A stretch of DNA of 64,000 nucleotides from Massalongia carnosa (Eukaryota). The notes below the pieces were generated by a model. The model saw nothing but the letters and a program-made list of their open reading frames with translations, did not search any database and was not told the origin of the DNA. The stretch is from positions 682,001 through 746,000 of the forward strand of contig OZ287067.1 of NCBI GenBank assembly GCA_965645245.1, read 5' to 3'. Made by a program: the position numbers and the translations under genes. The stretch's first letter is position 1, and every line of letters begins with the position of its first letter. Positions 12,585-26,120 of this stretch are shown one piece after another.

Positions 12585-15500
12585 TGAACGAATGCGTGGG
12601 TTCTGAGAGTGGGTGAAGGGCTAGAAGAGTAGGTTTCTGGGAGAGTATATTTTGGTGGGAGTTTTGCTTGTTGTTTCCCCCCCTCTCTCGAAGACATAGA
12701 GGATGCGAGATAGAAAAGAAAAGAGAGAGAAAACAGATGAAAGCTTGTGAGGGAGAATTTCTCGGACCACGCACTTTTAACCCGTTATCTATCCGACCTT
12801 GCTTAGTTACGTGAATCAAGCAATCTAACTTAAATTGTTCATCCATTCTCCTCCTTGCGGAGAAACCCCCACACCTGGACTCACAGAGATGGTTAGGTAG
12901 ATAGGTCGGTAGTTGGTCTTTTTGAAGCTGGTTGGATGAACGAATGGACGGACGGATGAGCTGCAAGGCGCAAGATTTAGCTAGCCGCTGCTGGATCAAA
13001 TTGGGACTGACTGGGATCTTAAGGAATAGGGATGGAAAGGCTGCTCTGTTGCTTTGCTTTGCTTTGCTTCGTTACTCGTTATTTAATTGTTTGTTTGTAC
13101 CACGTAGAGCTATCTTGGAACGTGAAAGGAAAGGAAAAAGTTCCCCGGATGAAGGGAGATTTTTCTCTATAGTTAAATGGACAAATGACTAGTGATGAAT
13201 GGACTCTACCGAACGAAGAAAACCCCGGAAGGGGTCTCGGCCAGATGTGAATAATGAAACTGATGGCGAAGCTGCAAGCAAGGGAGGAGAGAAGATTAAT
13301 AGAGGTTGTCTTTGGAGCTGGCGGATGTGATATTCTATCTATTGTGAAAGAGATTGGTTGGCCGTGTTTGATAAGCTCTTGGTGGGGGTTTCTTTTTCTT
13401 TATGTAGGAGAGGGAAAGGAAAGGAAAGGATGAGGATAGAATTCTCAGTAAATCGTGAAGTGGAAAAGGCGAGCTTTGTCTGTTGTCCGCTTGCTCTCTT
13501 CCAATTTCTCTATCTGGAAGAACGATGAGTGAATGGTAATGATGATGCGACAGCTAAACGGATTGGGGAAGCAAGCACAGATGTAGGGTGAAACGAAGAA
13601 TTGAAAGGATTGGGTGAAAAACAACTATCTTTCACTTTTTCTCTCTCCCGCCCCAAATCGCTTCAAAGCATCTTCCTCATCACCCCACTGCCCTTCGGCG
13701 CCTCTCGCGAGAAAGGGAAAATCAAATCTAATCCAAATCCAAACCAACTGGCTAAAGAAACACTTCGATAGCGAACGGGATAGTATGGAGACTCTGGAGA
13801 TTCTGGAGATGAGCAGATTGGACAGAAGGAAATTTTTGTTGGAGGGAGGAGGAAGGAAGGAAAGAAAGAAAGAAAAAAAAGAAAGAGTTAGTGAGGGATG
13901 AGCTTGGTGGTTGTTTTCAGAAATCTGTTACCTGCCTAGGGATGAGTGATAGAGGTTTAGGATCACTATTTTTAACATACAAGTCCCCTTGTTGAATCAC
14001 GGTTCGACTGATCGATCCACGCACTGATATGTCTAGCTGCAAATGGCTTCCCCGTGCTCGTGGGATCCTGGACGAAACAGATGGCTTCGCCCACTTGGTT
14101 CTAGGAAACCTCTTTGGCAAATTCCCTCGGCGGAGGCGGATGCTCGGTATAGGCCAGTGATATACTGTCATACCCACCAGATTCTAACTGATTATCCCCA
14201 CTCTTCAAATTGTACTTTCACGCTCCTATTCTGCGATAATATTGAAGTATCGTTCTCCTCTTCTTTTTCTCTTTTTCAATACTTCTGTTTATGTTCGCTC
14301 TTTCAGGCCAGTATGGCGGAATATGAGAGCGTACGGTATGAAGGAAGTAGGGCCTGATGATTGAAAAGAATTTCTTTCTATTGGATTGCTCTAGATTTTT
14401 TTTTCCGTTCATAGGTAGAAAATGCACGTCTCGCCCGCAATCTCAATTAATCAATAGCAAAACATTTGATGTTGGCTTCGACAAGCAGAAAACCAGAGGT
14501 AGTAGCAGGGCCATATCAAAAGGTGAGGGATTAATTACTGGACATTTCCATACTCGATCTCGTTCTTGACCTTTTTGCTAAAGAGGAATATATTTGCCCA
14601 TCAGAGGCTTAAAGATTAGCTTAGATACGAAACCCTAAACCCCACGTGACAGCCAGGATTCTCAGACTCCATGTTAGACAAGCCTCTCATCTGGCGTCCT
14701 GCGCAGTTCTCCCGGGCTCCAACATTTTCGGAATTTTGAGCTTGTGGTATCGGTTCCTGCCACGGCTCAGGAAGCATGGCGTAGGATAGGCAGTGACCTG
14801 AAACCGGCGGCCGGGCACAGTAGGTAGGTCCATGTTTGACGAATGCGATCGTTCAAACATGTACTTACCTAGCGTGAGCAAGCAAAGAGCGCAGATTGAC
14901 CAGATGGAACTACTTAGTGGGACGGGAAAGGAAGACTAGGAGTTGTGTTGGAAATGCCCAGGTTCATCGTCACAATTAGCGGGTTTTTCTGTGAGGAGGA
15001 AGAAGAAGAAATTGGTTGGATCGCTGTGATTCGCTGAAACAGGATGACGAAGGATGACCTCCTTTTCTGATCCGAGCATGGGCATCATGAGGCATGGGTA
15101 GGTAACCTGGTTCACAAGCATCTGGGCTGGGGAAATGCTGGTTAATGGCTGAAAGAAGTAAGAGAAACGCTATGATTGGCGCAACTTTAGATGTGGTTCG
15201 CGGGAATGTGTTAGGGTAAAATCCAAAAAGACCATCTTCTACTTAGTCATACGGAGAGATATACAGAGTATCTAGTTACATTCATTAGAAATGCAAACGC
15301 TCTTAGAACATACGATAAATAACACCCAAAGAGGCCATAACACTGCAAGAATACGGAGTAGTTAGAGGATTGAGATCCAATGGATTGCGAAGCTTTGACC
15401 AAAAAAAAACAAACATTGCAAAAGAAGCGGATGGTGCATGTACTTTTATGCACCGACGACCACGATTACGAGTACAGAGCATTCTGCATGCCGTCTTGAG

Positions 15501-18453
15501 TTATAAATCCATAAAACGATAAAGGTCGCATTTCTGATTGGGTACTGAGAACTAAACGTAGTCAACACGGTACTATGTACTAATTTTCAAAGCCACTTGC
15601 CCCCTGATTAAGAGCGATGTGCTCAAACGGGAAAGTGGCTTCTAAGATCTAGGATTGAAGCTTGACCGCTCGGTCATGAATCTTGAGACCCTGTGGTCAA
15701 AGAATATGAACTCTCTGTGGTACTCTGCTTCCACTTGGGATCGCCGGGGGGGTTTCCACGTGCTAGTGAACAAGTACCTAGTCCACACTTTGCTGATCTT
15801 TCCACGAGCTCATCACCCATGCAAGATGCAAAAGTCAAGATTGGATGAGGACACTGGCTGTCTTGGAATAAATACGGAACGCGATGCTCTTGGGGATCGA
15901 CAAGATGTGCGGGATCAAAGCATTCCTTCGAACATTCTGTTGAGAAACATCCTAGTACTCATCCATCTAGGCTTCGGTTAATCAGACTGGGGATCTGGAT
16001 ACTGGTTATTTAAAAATTGTGAATCTTCTTGAGTAGATCTGTCTTTAGAACATGAGGCATCTACCTATTCAAGACACGCGAGATGACGAAAACAATATGA
16101 GGTCATTCATCCACGTCTGTCCCAACGTCATTGGCTGTCCTTAACCAGACTAGGGAATGGATTGATGGAGATTTCGGTAGGTGCCTAGGCAAGGCTTTGG
16201 CTTTCAGCACGTGGAAAGCTAGAGAAAGGTTATTATTAGGGGTACGCTGGAAGGATTACAAACGTACTGTGTAGGTAGGCGGTGGCCCTATGACAACTTG
16301 CATCGAGCGTCATCCATCCACACCAAGAACTCCATCTTACACCGGACATAGCTTGGTTCAGAAAAATCCTCGATCACGTCGATCCATCGGAGCCCCTTAG
16401 CACTGAAACCATGTTCATCGTCAATCCCGTGTGTATTGGGGTTTCGTATGGCTAGCTCAGCAAATGCCTACCACATTCATATTGCTACGATTGATGCACC
16501 TATCGTCTTTCAACCTAGAGAACATTACTCGCACTTCGACGGAAATAATGGGTTTATACATGGCGCAAAGCTAAAGCGCTAAAGAGCTATGACAGTCCAA
16601 GGTCGGCATACATAGAGCTCGGGACTTGGCTTGCCTTAACGAAAACGCTCAGACAATGAAAGTTCAAAGGCTGCGAAGAGAACCGAAGCCGCAGACGGGG
16701 GTCTCGTTTTTATTCGCCCAAAGTTTTGGGTGTGGGATGTGAAAAGGGTGTCATGTCGAGTCATCCATAGCATTCGTCACCGTCGTGTGACCTCCCTCAT
16801 TCCTTGACATACTTACAACTGCTATCAGGATATGTCAGACGCATTTGGATATCTATCTGTATTCTTGATTGGAAGATTGAATATAATTAAAAAAAGAACC
16901 GTAAGATCCACCAGAAGCCTCAAAGTTATCAGCTGTTCAGAGTACAACGTACGGTACCTGACAGGCTGACTTGCACTCAGCTAAACCCCCGCTGCGATCC
17001 GAACCGCAACACGGGTATTCGTACATGCCCACGACCCCTTAAGATATCTTCTTCCTGTTTGGGTTATGAAAAGCAAGGTTGAAGTGAATACCGAGTGCGA
17101 ATGCTCAGTACTCCATTCGCTATGGAAAGGCTTCTCGGACAAGATCCCGTGGCAAGGTCCTAGTAGCTAGGTTCCTGCGCTTTATAAGTAAGACTTGCAA
17201 GGACTCGCAAGGGGCTGGCCTGCCAGTCCTTTGCCCGCACGGCAGGTGCTGGTGCACGGGGGTGTGCCATGCGGCGCGAGGCAGGGGAAATTGAGGTTAT
17301 CTGAGTTGAAGCAGGGCCTTTTAATGATGATTTGATGAGTGCTGCGAGAGAGATTTGGGGATTTTGGGCCACGCGGTTTCATGATACTTCAGACGCGTTG
17401 AAAGGATCCATCATACTCTGTGCCAAAATCAGGTGATGCAAGAACAATGTCGTGTAACCGATGTGATAAACGACCCCCAAATGCCTTGCATGGTCAGGCT
17501 TTTTTTCATGGACCGACCGGGGAAATGATGGGCAACGTGTAGACCCTTGGAGTAAACGGGCTCTTCTCTTGAGAGATGTCGACGTATGAACGCAGAGTAA
17601 TGGGCCATGTCATGTTATGAACGTGTCTTCTGCAGTTGGCTGATCCTACCGGACACGGCGATCGCCCCTGCTTTGGAAGCGGACTGAGAAGTGAACAGAA
17701 AGCAAGTAAAAGAAGCCAAACCAACCACCACGACTTGTCATCCAATCATCGGAGCACTTTCTATCGTCGGCTGCTGGAGAATCCGTAAAGCATTTCCGTG
17801 ATTTATATGGATATCTACGCATAATCCCATGAAGTAAGAAATGTACAGAGTTAGGTATAGCGCCTTCCTCTTGCTTCCCCCTTTCTCATTTGAGTTAAAG
17901 TTTTGTCATCCCTTCAGCCCCGGCAGCTGGGCAACAAGACTTGCGCAGAAAGAGTTACAAGCTGCGATGAGAACCAGACTCCTCAGAAGGCCTGATGACC
18001 AGGGTTTGCGCATCCTGGACAGTTGATGCCTGCAAGTCTCTCCCTAGGCCAGCAAGTACAGGCTCGTCATGTAAGTGGTGCAGCCACCTTTGAATAATCA
18101 GGCATTTAGCCATTAAGCTATTGCCCACTAGGCATCTTATTCTGCCTTCTGCCTCCTCTCGAGTCTCGCCTACGGATTTGTGGAACAGAAACTCAATCGG
18201 CGGACAAAAGCAGATGTCGTCCCACTTCTGGGCATGAGACCACCAAATCCCCCCGAAATGCAAAAAACACTCGCTACAAGTTGATATTATTAGTGCCAAA
18301 AAAAGGGATGTTCTTTCGGTCGTTGCAGAGATTGCTTATTGGTCTCAGTCCGCAGTAGCAAAACCCCACTCGTCCCTATCGTCATTTCGTGCCCTGTCGG
18401 TCCTAATTTTATCCCACTTTCGATTCCTCTTCCCTACTCCCGTCTACATTTCC

Positions 18454-21400
18454 ATGTCGTCGAATAAGTCGTCAAACACACATCGACCCGGCAATTCAAG
18501 GCAAGGAAGCAGTTACCAAGATCAACAGAAACTCGTCAATCTCCAGGACCTCGGTCTTGTACCGAAGAACCCAGGCGAAAGACCGGTTAACAGACGCAGT
18601 AAGCCCCGTCACCGAATTTCCCCCTACGACATTCACCATCCAACTCTCGGTGCTGCTGAAGCCATAGTGAGACATGTCTGTGCATGGGATCGTGCATTGA
18701 GTTGACTTTGTTGTGCCCGGCTTCTCTAGATCAGTCATCACAGGCAACCGCTCGCCCATCTCTCGCTGCTGCCCAATCGAATCAGTCCGTCTCCAGACCT
18801 GCCTATAGTCGGAACCTCTCGACGCAATCTTCTTCCGGGCGTGTGCTATCGCAGGTGCCTGCTGAGCGTCTTAAGGCATCCAAGTCTCGGGGCAGGAGGA
18901 TCTTGCCAGGCCGTATCGCCGCTCAACGGCTTACTCGAACCCCGATTCCGGTATACAGCAACCCTGTGCAGACATCGTTCAACTGGAGATCAGGTCGTCC
19001 GATGGCTGGAATGTTGGAGTTGGAGCGCTCGCGAACCCGTCGTGAGAGAACATTCATTGGCAGCGAATGCGCCGTGTGTGAGGAGCCTTTAGAACACACG
19101 CTCCGAGGCGAGCGGATCTTGCAATTCTCGTGCGGGCACGTTTCCCATGAGGCTTGCTTCTACGAATACATCAAAGAGTTTGACTCGCAATACTGTCCGA
19201 CATGCAACGCTCCGCTAGGACTGGATACCAGCAGGGGTGGAAATGTTCTGGACTTGGGTAATGTTTTCAAGGCTCTTGTATGCTCTCATCTGCTGACCCG
19301 CGCCCAGAGAAGTTGAGTAGCATCGTTCGTTCCGTGTCCATGAACAACGAGGCACGAGAGAACCAGCAGCGAAATACACAGACCACCCCCCTGCCATGGG
19401 ATGCCAACGCGGGTCGAGATCGACCGAAGAGCAGGGATTCCAACCATCGAAGTACCCAGCGTGACAGCCGCGACTCCCAATCTCAACGAGAAAAGGACAG
19501 CCGGGAAACTCAGCGGGAGCGCGTGGAGATGTATGGCAGTACGAGTCGTCACCAACACTCCAGGAACGAAAGCGGTGGCACCGGAGCAGGCTCCTCGGGA
19601 GAGTGCGGCGAGCCGCACCCCAACAACACCAACAACGGTGGCCGCCGACATGACTACGACGTACAGTCCATGGAAACCGCTTTGAGCAGCCCAAGGGCGA
19701 GCATTACAAAGAACCCAATACCTGCACCTACCGTTACCGTGAGAAGCGAATATCCCACGCTGAGCCGATCACGGCAACAGCAAAGCTTGACCTGTTTGGT
19801 TACGATTGAAGTTCCTGAAGGGAAATGGAGCCCTGATCCTGAAGATCTACGAGGAGCGCCTACGTTACCATCGATGCAGCAGGACGCTCCGGTGGCTCGC
19901 TCTAAATCCCCCGAGCAATCTCGGCAGGTCGAGTGGGCGTTTGAGTCTCCTGAGATTTTGGAAGAGATCACCGAAGATCTTCGAGTTCGTGTGGACAACT
20001 GGCACGGGCTAGATTTTCAGAGGTTTGCATCCAGCGACGACAGGCTTGTGCTACAACCACGCTAACTATTCACAGGTTTGGTAAGCTACGTCTCTACGGC
20101 ACCGTGCGAGTCGGGAAAGACCGCCAGTCATGGCAGGAGCTTGAATGCTTTCTGTTTGCGGAAATGCTCATATGCGTAAAAGAGAAGAAGGGGGCTCCGC
20201 CCCAATATGCGGAAGGCAATTCTAAGCGCAAACTCACAAGGTGCACGCTAAAAGGGTCAATTCTGATTAAAAAGCATCTCAAGCATGTAGAATCTACTCC
20301 AGGTTAGTGTCTTCGCGAACACTCCTGTGGTGGTTGCTAAAGACCATGTTTCTAGATGAGCCGGTGTTGACCCTCAGTCTCTCGGTGCAAGATCTGCAGC
20401 AATTTCACTTACAATTTCAAAGCCGCAGTCAAGTCGAGCAGTGGAAACGGGCGCTTTTGGATCTGAACAATCCTGAACCTCCTGGACAGAGCCAGGACTA
20501 TGAGCAAGAAAACTCAGGGACGGATGAAGAGGATTTCCGGGCGAACAAGCTGAAGAGGGTTTCATCTGTCAATTCGTCGTACGGGGCGGGGAAGTCGGTC
20601 AACACCGCGCCGACCGAGTATACGGCTTCCGGAAGAGGCATGGGTGTGCAAGAGACACGTTTACCTGCATCGGTGCATGTGCCCCTCGACATTGTGGTGG
20701 TCATTCCAGTCTCCTCGTCTATGCAAGGCCTTAAAATAACCTTGCTGCGTGATGCGCTCAAATTCCTAGTCCAGAACCTTGGGGAAAAAGACAGAATGGG
20801 CTTGGTTACATTTGGCTCTAGCGGAGGCGGCGTGCCGCTGGTCGGCATGACCACCAAAGCATGGACTGGTTGGACCAAAATTCTGAATTCAATTCGCCCG
20901 GTAGGGCAGAAGAGCCTTCGAGCAGATGTTGTGGAAGGGGCAAACGTCGCGATGGACCTTCTCATGCAACGCAAGGCCAATAATCCGATTGCGACCATAC
21001 TGTTAATCAGCGACTCGTCGACATCTGATGCGGAAAGCGTTGATTTCGTCGTCTCCCGGGCTGAAGCTGCAAAGTTCGTCGACCTGTCCCTATCATTTGT
21101 TCGGATATCTGCGTGCAGACCTTTTGTGGATTACGAATGCTGACACCTGTTTTCTACCAGGGTTGCCATCCACTCGTTTGGATTGGGCTTAACGCACAAA
21201 CCCGACACCATGATTGAACTATCCACACGGACCAAAGCATCATATACCTACGTCAAAGATTGGATGATGCTGCGGGAGTGTGTTGCAGGCTGCTTGGGGT
21301 CGATGCAGACCACATCGCATCAGAACGTCAAATTAAAACTGCGTCTTCCCGAAGGTTCGCCCGCGAAATTTGTCAAGATATCGGGCGCCCTTCAGATAAC

Positions 21401-22371
21401 GAAGCGGGCCACCGGGAAGGATGCAGAAGCTGCTCTTGGCGATCTGCGATTCGGCGACAAACGAGGTAAGATTACCCGACCGTCAAATCCTTCCCTTTTT
21501 CTGATTTTAATGCTTTATTCCAGATATCCTGGTTCAGCTGGTGATTGCTCCGGATAATACATCGCAGGATCATTTACCACGGGATCCATGGGAGGACATT
21601 GTCTCTGGACTAGAAGCTCTTGGTGGGCCTTTTGACTCGGATGAACAGAGGTCGCTGAGCGTGGAAGAAATTCCTCTGATTCAAGCCGACCTTACGTACG
21701 GGGATATACTTCGGGAAGGGACTATCACCCACCCATCAAGGCCGTCTCTGCTGGCCATTACCATGTTACCTGCGAACCCAAGGGCCAAGTCCTCGTCAAG
21801 GCCCATCACACCTCCCATCCCACCCCACCCAAGCATCGTGCAGCGACGGATGGAGCTTCTGACTTCGGATATGCTAACGAGAGCATTGACTCTCGTATCG
21901 CGTGGCCAGCACGATCGCGCGCATCACTTGCTGAAGGAAACTCGTAGCATTCTCAAAGGCCTTGGCAAAGGTGGGCTGCCACCAATTCCTCAACCAAATT
22001 CGAAAATCACGAGCGCGCCGGCGAGTCTTCACGGCGCAGAAACTGCAGATGAGCACCCGGAGCGGCAACCATCGCCTTCATCTGATGCCGGTGTCGTCCC
22101 AGCTTCCGGCATTGATGCCATCACCTTAAACGCCCTTGACACGGAACTCGAGTCGTCGCTGGAATGGATCAACCACCCGGCGGTCTTCGGCCGCGATTCT
22201 AGGAAAGCGGTTTTGCAAGCCATCGGCGTCATTGCGTCGCAACGGGGATACACGTTCCGTACCCCTGCGGAAAGTCTATGGGCAGGCAGGGTAGCAGGCA
22301 TTAAGCGACTCACGAAGCAATCACGGGACTGGCGGGACGCCGGGGACGAAGCTTTGATGGAAGAATCTTGA
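18454..22371 (+). CDS. FAR1: Far1/Ste5-like RING-H2 / PH / von Willebrand A scaffold protein, multi-exon
   Basis: RING-H2 (CAVCEE...CGHVSHEACF...CPTC), PH-like region (WQELECFLFAEMLICVKEKK) and vWA (PLDIVVVIPVSSSMQGLK...DRMGLVTF). The conserved-looking ATG is at 19002 (MAGML); the upstream exon from 18454 is tentative. The symbol rests on domain architecture only. Confidence 0.8.
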
Positions 22372-22522
22372 CTGCAAATTAGGCTGCTGGTAATGTTCGG
22401 TTCATTCGGCAGGCTTGCGCGGGAGGGGGTCTTTTCTGGGATCTTGCCAAAAGCGAACTATGTTACTTTCATGATGCTACGGTTGAATATTTATAAAGGG
22501 AAACAAGGAGGGAGAGAGGGGA

Positions 22523-22559
22523 GGGGGGGGGGGGGGGTGGCGGCGGCGGCGGCGGCGGC
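22523..22559. repeat. G15 run followed by (GGC)7
   Basis: Read directly, 3' of the Far1-like gene. Confidence 0.85.
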
Positions 22560-23760
22560 GGAAGAGTGGATTATCGGGCATGTTTAACGGTCACTTGGAT
22601 GATTTTATTTTGGAACGCCTTTTCTCTCTGTCCCTCGGGAGTTGATCTCCATCGCCGCTAGCGAATTTGTTGTTTATTTGATACCCCTGATGTGGTTTTG
22701 GGCGGCCGTGGACAAGATACTGGATAGGGTCGGATGGAGGGGGCTCGCTGAATTGGGGTTTATTGACGGTCGATCGATCAGTTAGTCAGTTCGGGCTATA
22801 GTATGTGGGTGGCCGTGGGGGGTCGATGTACGATATGAACTGGCTAGCATCTGGTATCGTTTGGTTAGTAGAGCCATCTGGTGTGAAAGCCGGATGGACT
22901 GGTATTTATGTTTAGGTAGGGTATTAGAAGCACATTCAACGTCGTGCGAGTTTGTGTTTTTGGGACATCCTTTGGAATCTCTATAGGACTTTGACTCTGC
23001 CGACCTAGGTGGATGGACCTTCGCTCGCACATCCTCTGGAGACGTTTTCGTCGCTACCGTTCAGTCAGTCATATCGAGAGAGGTAAATTTTCAGTCGGGG
23101 GAGGGTCGTTCTAGTTTGCAAGCAAGGACAAAGAAAGAGTAACTATCTTTTGCTTTGGAATTTTTTTTGGTATCTATCCGTCTATCCGTCTAGAGTCGCT
23201 CACTCTATTTTCGTCCCTGGGTATTTTATACATCATTTCGTGATATCCTTCCTTTTCTGTCTTTTTCTTCTTTTTCGATTAAGTCTTTTCTTTTTCTTTT
23301 CATTCAATTTTTGATGAAGTCTGAGCATGACAAATAAATAGATAACTAATTTAAATGAATGGGGGTTTTAAACGGAATAGAATAGATGATGGTTTCTGTT
23401 TTTGGCTCTGGTCATGCAACGTAACTGTTTGGAACGGAAAATTTTTAAAGCGAAAACCCTCTTTCTGTTGATTTGCTAAAGAATGAAAAAGTCTGTGGTC
23501 TTCATGACAATTGATCTGATTGAAGCAATAAATGCATGTAACCGGTAGTCGCTTTCACTACTTTCCCCCTGGTGGGGTTAATGAAATGCGGTTGTAATAT
23601 CCCGTCTTCCGTACGCTGTACTTACCACCTTACATACTCAAGACTTTTGTCATCTAGTTATCATGCAGCTGCAGCTGCATGTGGTAGCCGTTGGCAAGGT
23701 CCACGCCAGAGGATTCAATACAGATCCATAACCCTCGACGGGAGTAAATAACCCAATACC

Positions 23761-25348
23761 ATGCCTCCCTCGCTCCCCCAATATATCTTCCGCCCGCGAA
23801 GCTTCCGCCCGCCCATGACAATCCATCCCTCCATCCGTCGCCCCACCTCTAGATTTCCCAACAACGGCCGCTACCGCCCCTCCACCCGCGTCCAGCTCCT
23901 TCACCTCTGGCACTCTTCCCCTGGTTTCCGTAGGGGCGTTGTCGCGGTCTCCGTGAGCGGCGTAGGCTTCGTGGGCTGGAATCTGGAGCTCGTGCCCGTT
24001 ACGGGGCGGCTGCGCTTTAATTGCGTGCCGACGAGCGTGGAGCAGCGCATGGGGGCGCAGATGCACGAGCAGATTCTACGGGACTACGAGGGCCTTGTGT
24101 TGCCGCCTGGCCATCCGGCGTCACGGTTGGTAAATAAGGTGTTGGAGAGGTTGGTGGGGGCTTTGGGAGAGGGGAATCAAGGGGCAGGGGAGTGGGAGGC
24201 GGTAGTGATTGATGATGAGGCGATGGTGAACGCTTTCGTGGTGCCGGGGTAGGTTGTTCCTATGAAACAGGGGGCGCGCTGTATACTTAAGCAGAGAAGA
24301 GGCGGATATCTGTGTTTCTATGCTGATCGGGGGGGGGGGTTTTTTAAAATCACAGGGGCAAAGTCTTCGTCTTCACCGGCCTCCTTCCTCTCTGCAAAAC
24401 CGAAGCCGGTCTAGCTGCGATCCTAGGCCACGAAATCGCCCACAATGTCGTCAACCACGCCGCCGAGCAGCTCAGCCAACGATTCATCCTTACTCCTCTC
24501 GTGATTTTTGCGTCCCTTTTGCTAGACGTGTCGACGGGGCTAATCAATGGTATATTGGATATTGGGTACTCGAAACCGGGGTCTCGAAGGCAGGAGGTAT
24601 GTTTCTATTCCGATTTCTGGGATGGGCAGATGTGAAAGGGCTCTTCCTTTCAGAGGAGGCGAGAAAGGATGGACTGATACCTTGGGTTTTAGTCGGAGGC
24701 GGATCTTATCGGACTTTGTACGTTCTGAATCTCCAGGTACTCGGAATTTCAAAGCAGCTAACCAGAACAGTGATCATGGCCAAAGCCTGTTACGACCCCG
24801 AAGCCGCCGTGTTAGTGTAAGGCCCCTTTTGATTCCGCAGAAAACCCTGCAAATATCTAGACAACAAGGCTCATAAACTTCTCGCAGCCACGAGAAGATG
24901 CAAAACGCAGCGCCCAATCAGATCCCCCAGTTTCTCTCCACACATCCATCTGTAGGCCTCCTTTCGCCCTCTCCTAGCGGAATAGACCGTACCGCGCGGG
25001 AAGACTGATCCCTCTCTAGGGTAAAAACCGCGTGAAGAGACTCAGGGAATGGTAAGTTTAGCGTCCTTGGAAATCCATCAATTGTGTGCAAGTTGGCTGT
25101 GCTCGACGTAAGAGCAAACACGAGAGGGTAATAACCACTTCTCCCATCAACAGGCTCCCTCAAGCCCAAGAGCTGCAGGCCCAGAGCGATTGTGGAGGGA
25201 TTAGGGAACATGGTCAAGATCCCCTCTCCCACTTTCATTTCCTCCCCCTCCATGCAGAGTAAAATAAACCGATTCTGGAGGAAGAAGCATCTAATGGCCT
25301 CTAGTTGACGGCTTTAACCGCGCCGTTCATTCCGAGTGGTTCTGGTGA
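23761..25348 (+). CDS. OMA1: Mitochondrial M48 metalloendopeptidase OMA1, many small exons
   Basis: LELVPVTGRLRF, WEAVVIDD..VNAFVVPG|GKVFVFTG, HEXXH motif GHEIAH, SRRQE|SEAD.IGL, MAKACYDPEAAV, PQFLSTHPS. The 3' exon boundary is tentative. Confidence 0.9.
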
Positions 25349-25896
25349 TCTCCCGCGCCATGCTAGACTAGATACCTGTATCCGGCAAAGGCACAAAGAA
25401 CAGACGACGTCCCTGTTGGAAGGGAAACCTATGGGATAGACCAGAGACGGGCGAGAGGAGATGGAAGGGGAAGATGGAGGGAAAGGCGATTTATATGGGT
25501 TTGTTGTTGTTATTGTTGTTTTTTGTTCTTCTTTTCTTTTCGGTAAAAGGTGGGTGATGTACGTTATGTTACGCTACTTACAGGTAGTTAAAGCCTAGAT
25601 CTATATACCTATCTATGTACATACATACACATGGCTATTTTCCGGCATCGGCAAACCCCTGCAGCTTTCCCCCTTCCCATTTTCACTCCTTTCCCCCCCT
25701 ATTCCCTCCATCCATTCCCGTCCATGTACGACCCCGTCACCATCTCATCTTATGGATATATACATACTTCTATTATATTATCCCCCCTTTTGTTTCGGTT
25801 CAGCTCGGTTCGGTTGCAATGCAGTTGCGGCGACAGTCACCGTGTCAAGAGGGTGGATGCATTGGAGAAATAAAATATAATGGATTGGGGAGTCGA

Positions 25897-25952
25897 TGTG
25901 TGTGTGTGTGTGTGTGTGTGTGCGCTCTTTTCTCTTCTTCTTCTTCTTCTTC
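25897..25952. repeat. Compound microsatellite: (TG)13 then ~(CTT)6
   Basis: Read directly. Confidence 0.9.
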
Positions 25953-26120
25953 TACGTTCGAGAATACATCTATTTCTGAAAGGGGTTGGATGCATGCATA
26001 CATACATGTATACATACATACGTAGATGACTAGGTAAATTGTAACGGACGGACGCTGTTAGATGGGAAAGGAAGGCGGTATATATGTATTCTGAGCAGAT
26101 CCATACCTAGCACGCACGAA

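Noticed and set aside
12142..18299. Numerous 60-140 aa ORFs in the long intergenic region
   Set aside because: No motifs, many non-ATG starts, and several are translations of microsatellites.
23761..25348. OMA1 and the Sel1-repeat gene as members of the PKS cluster
   Set aside because: Both look like mitochondrial housekeeping genes; only adjacency supports membership.
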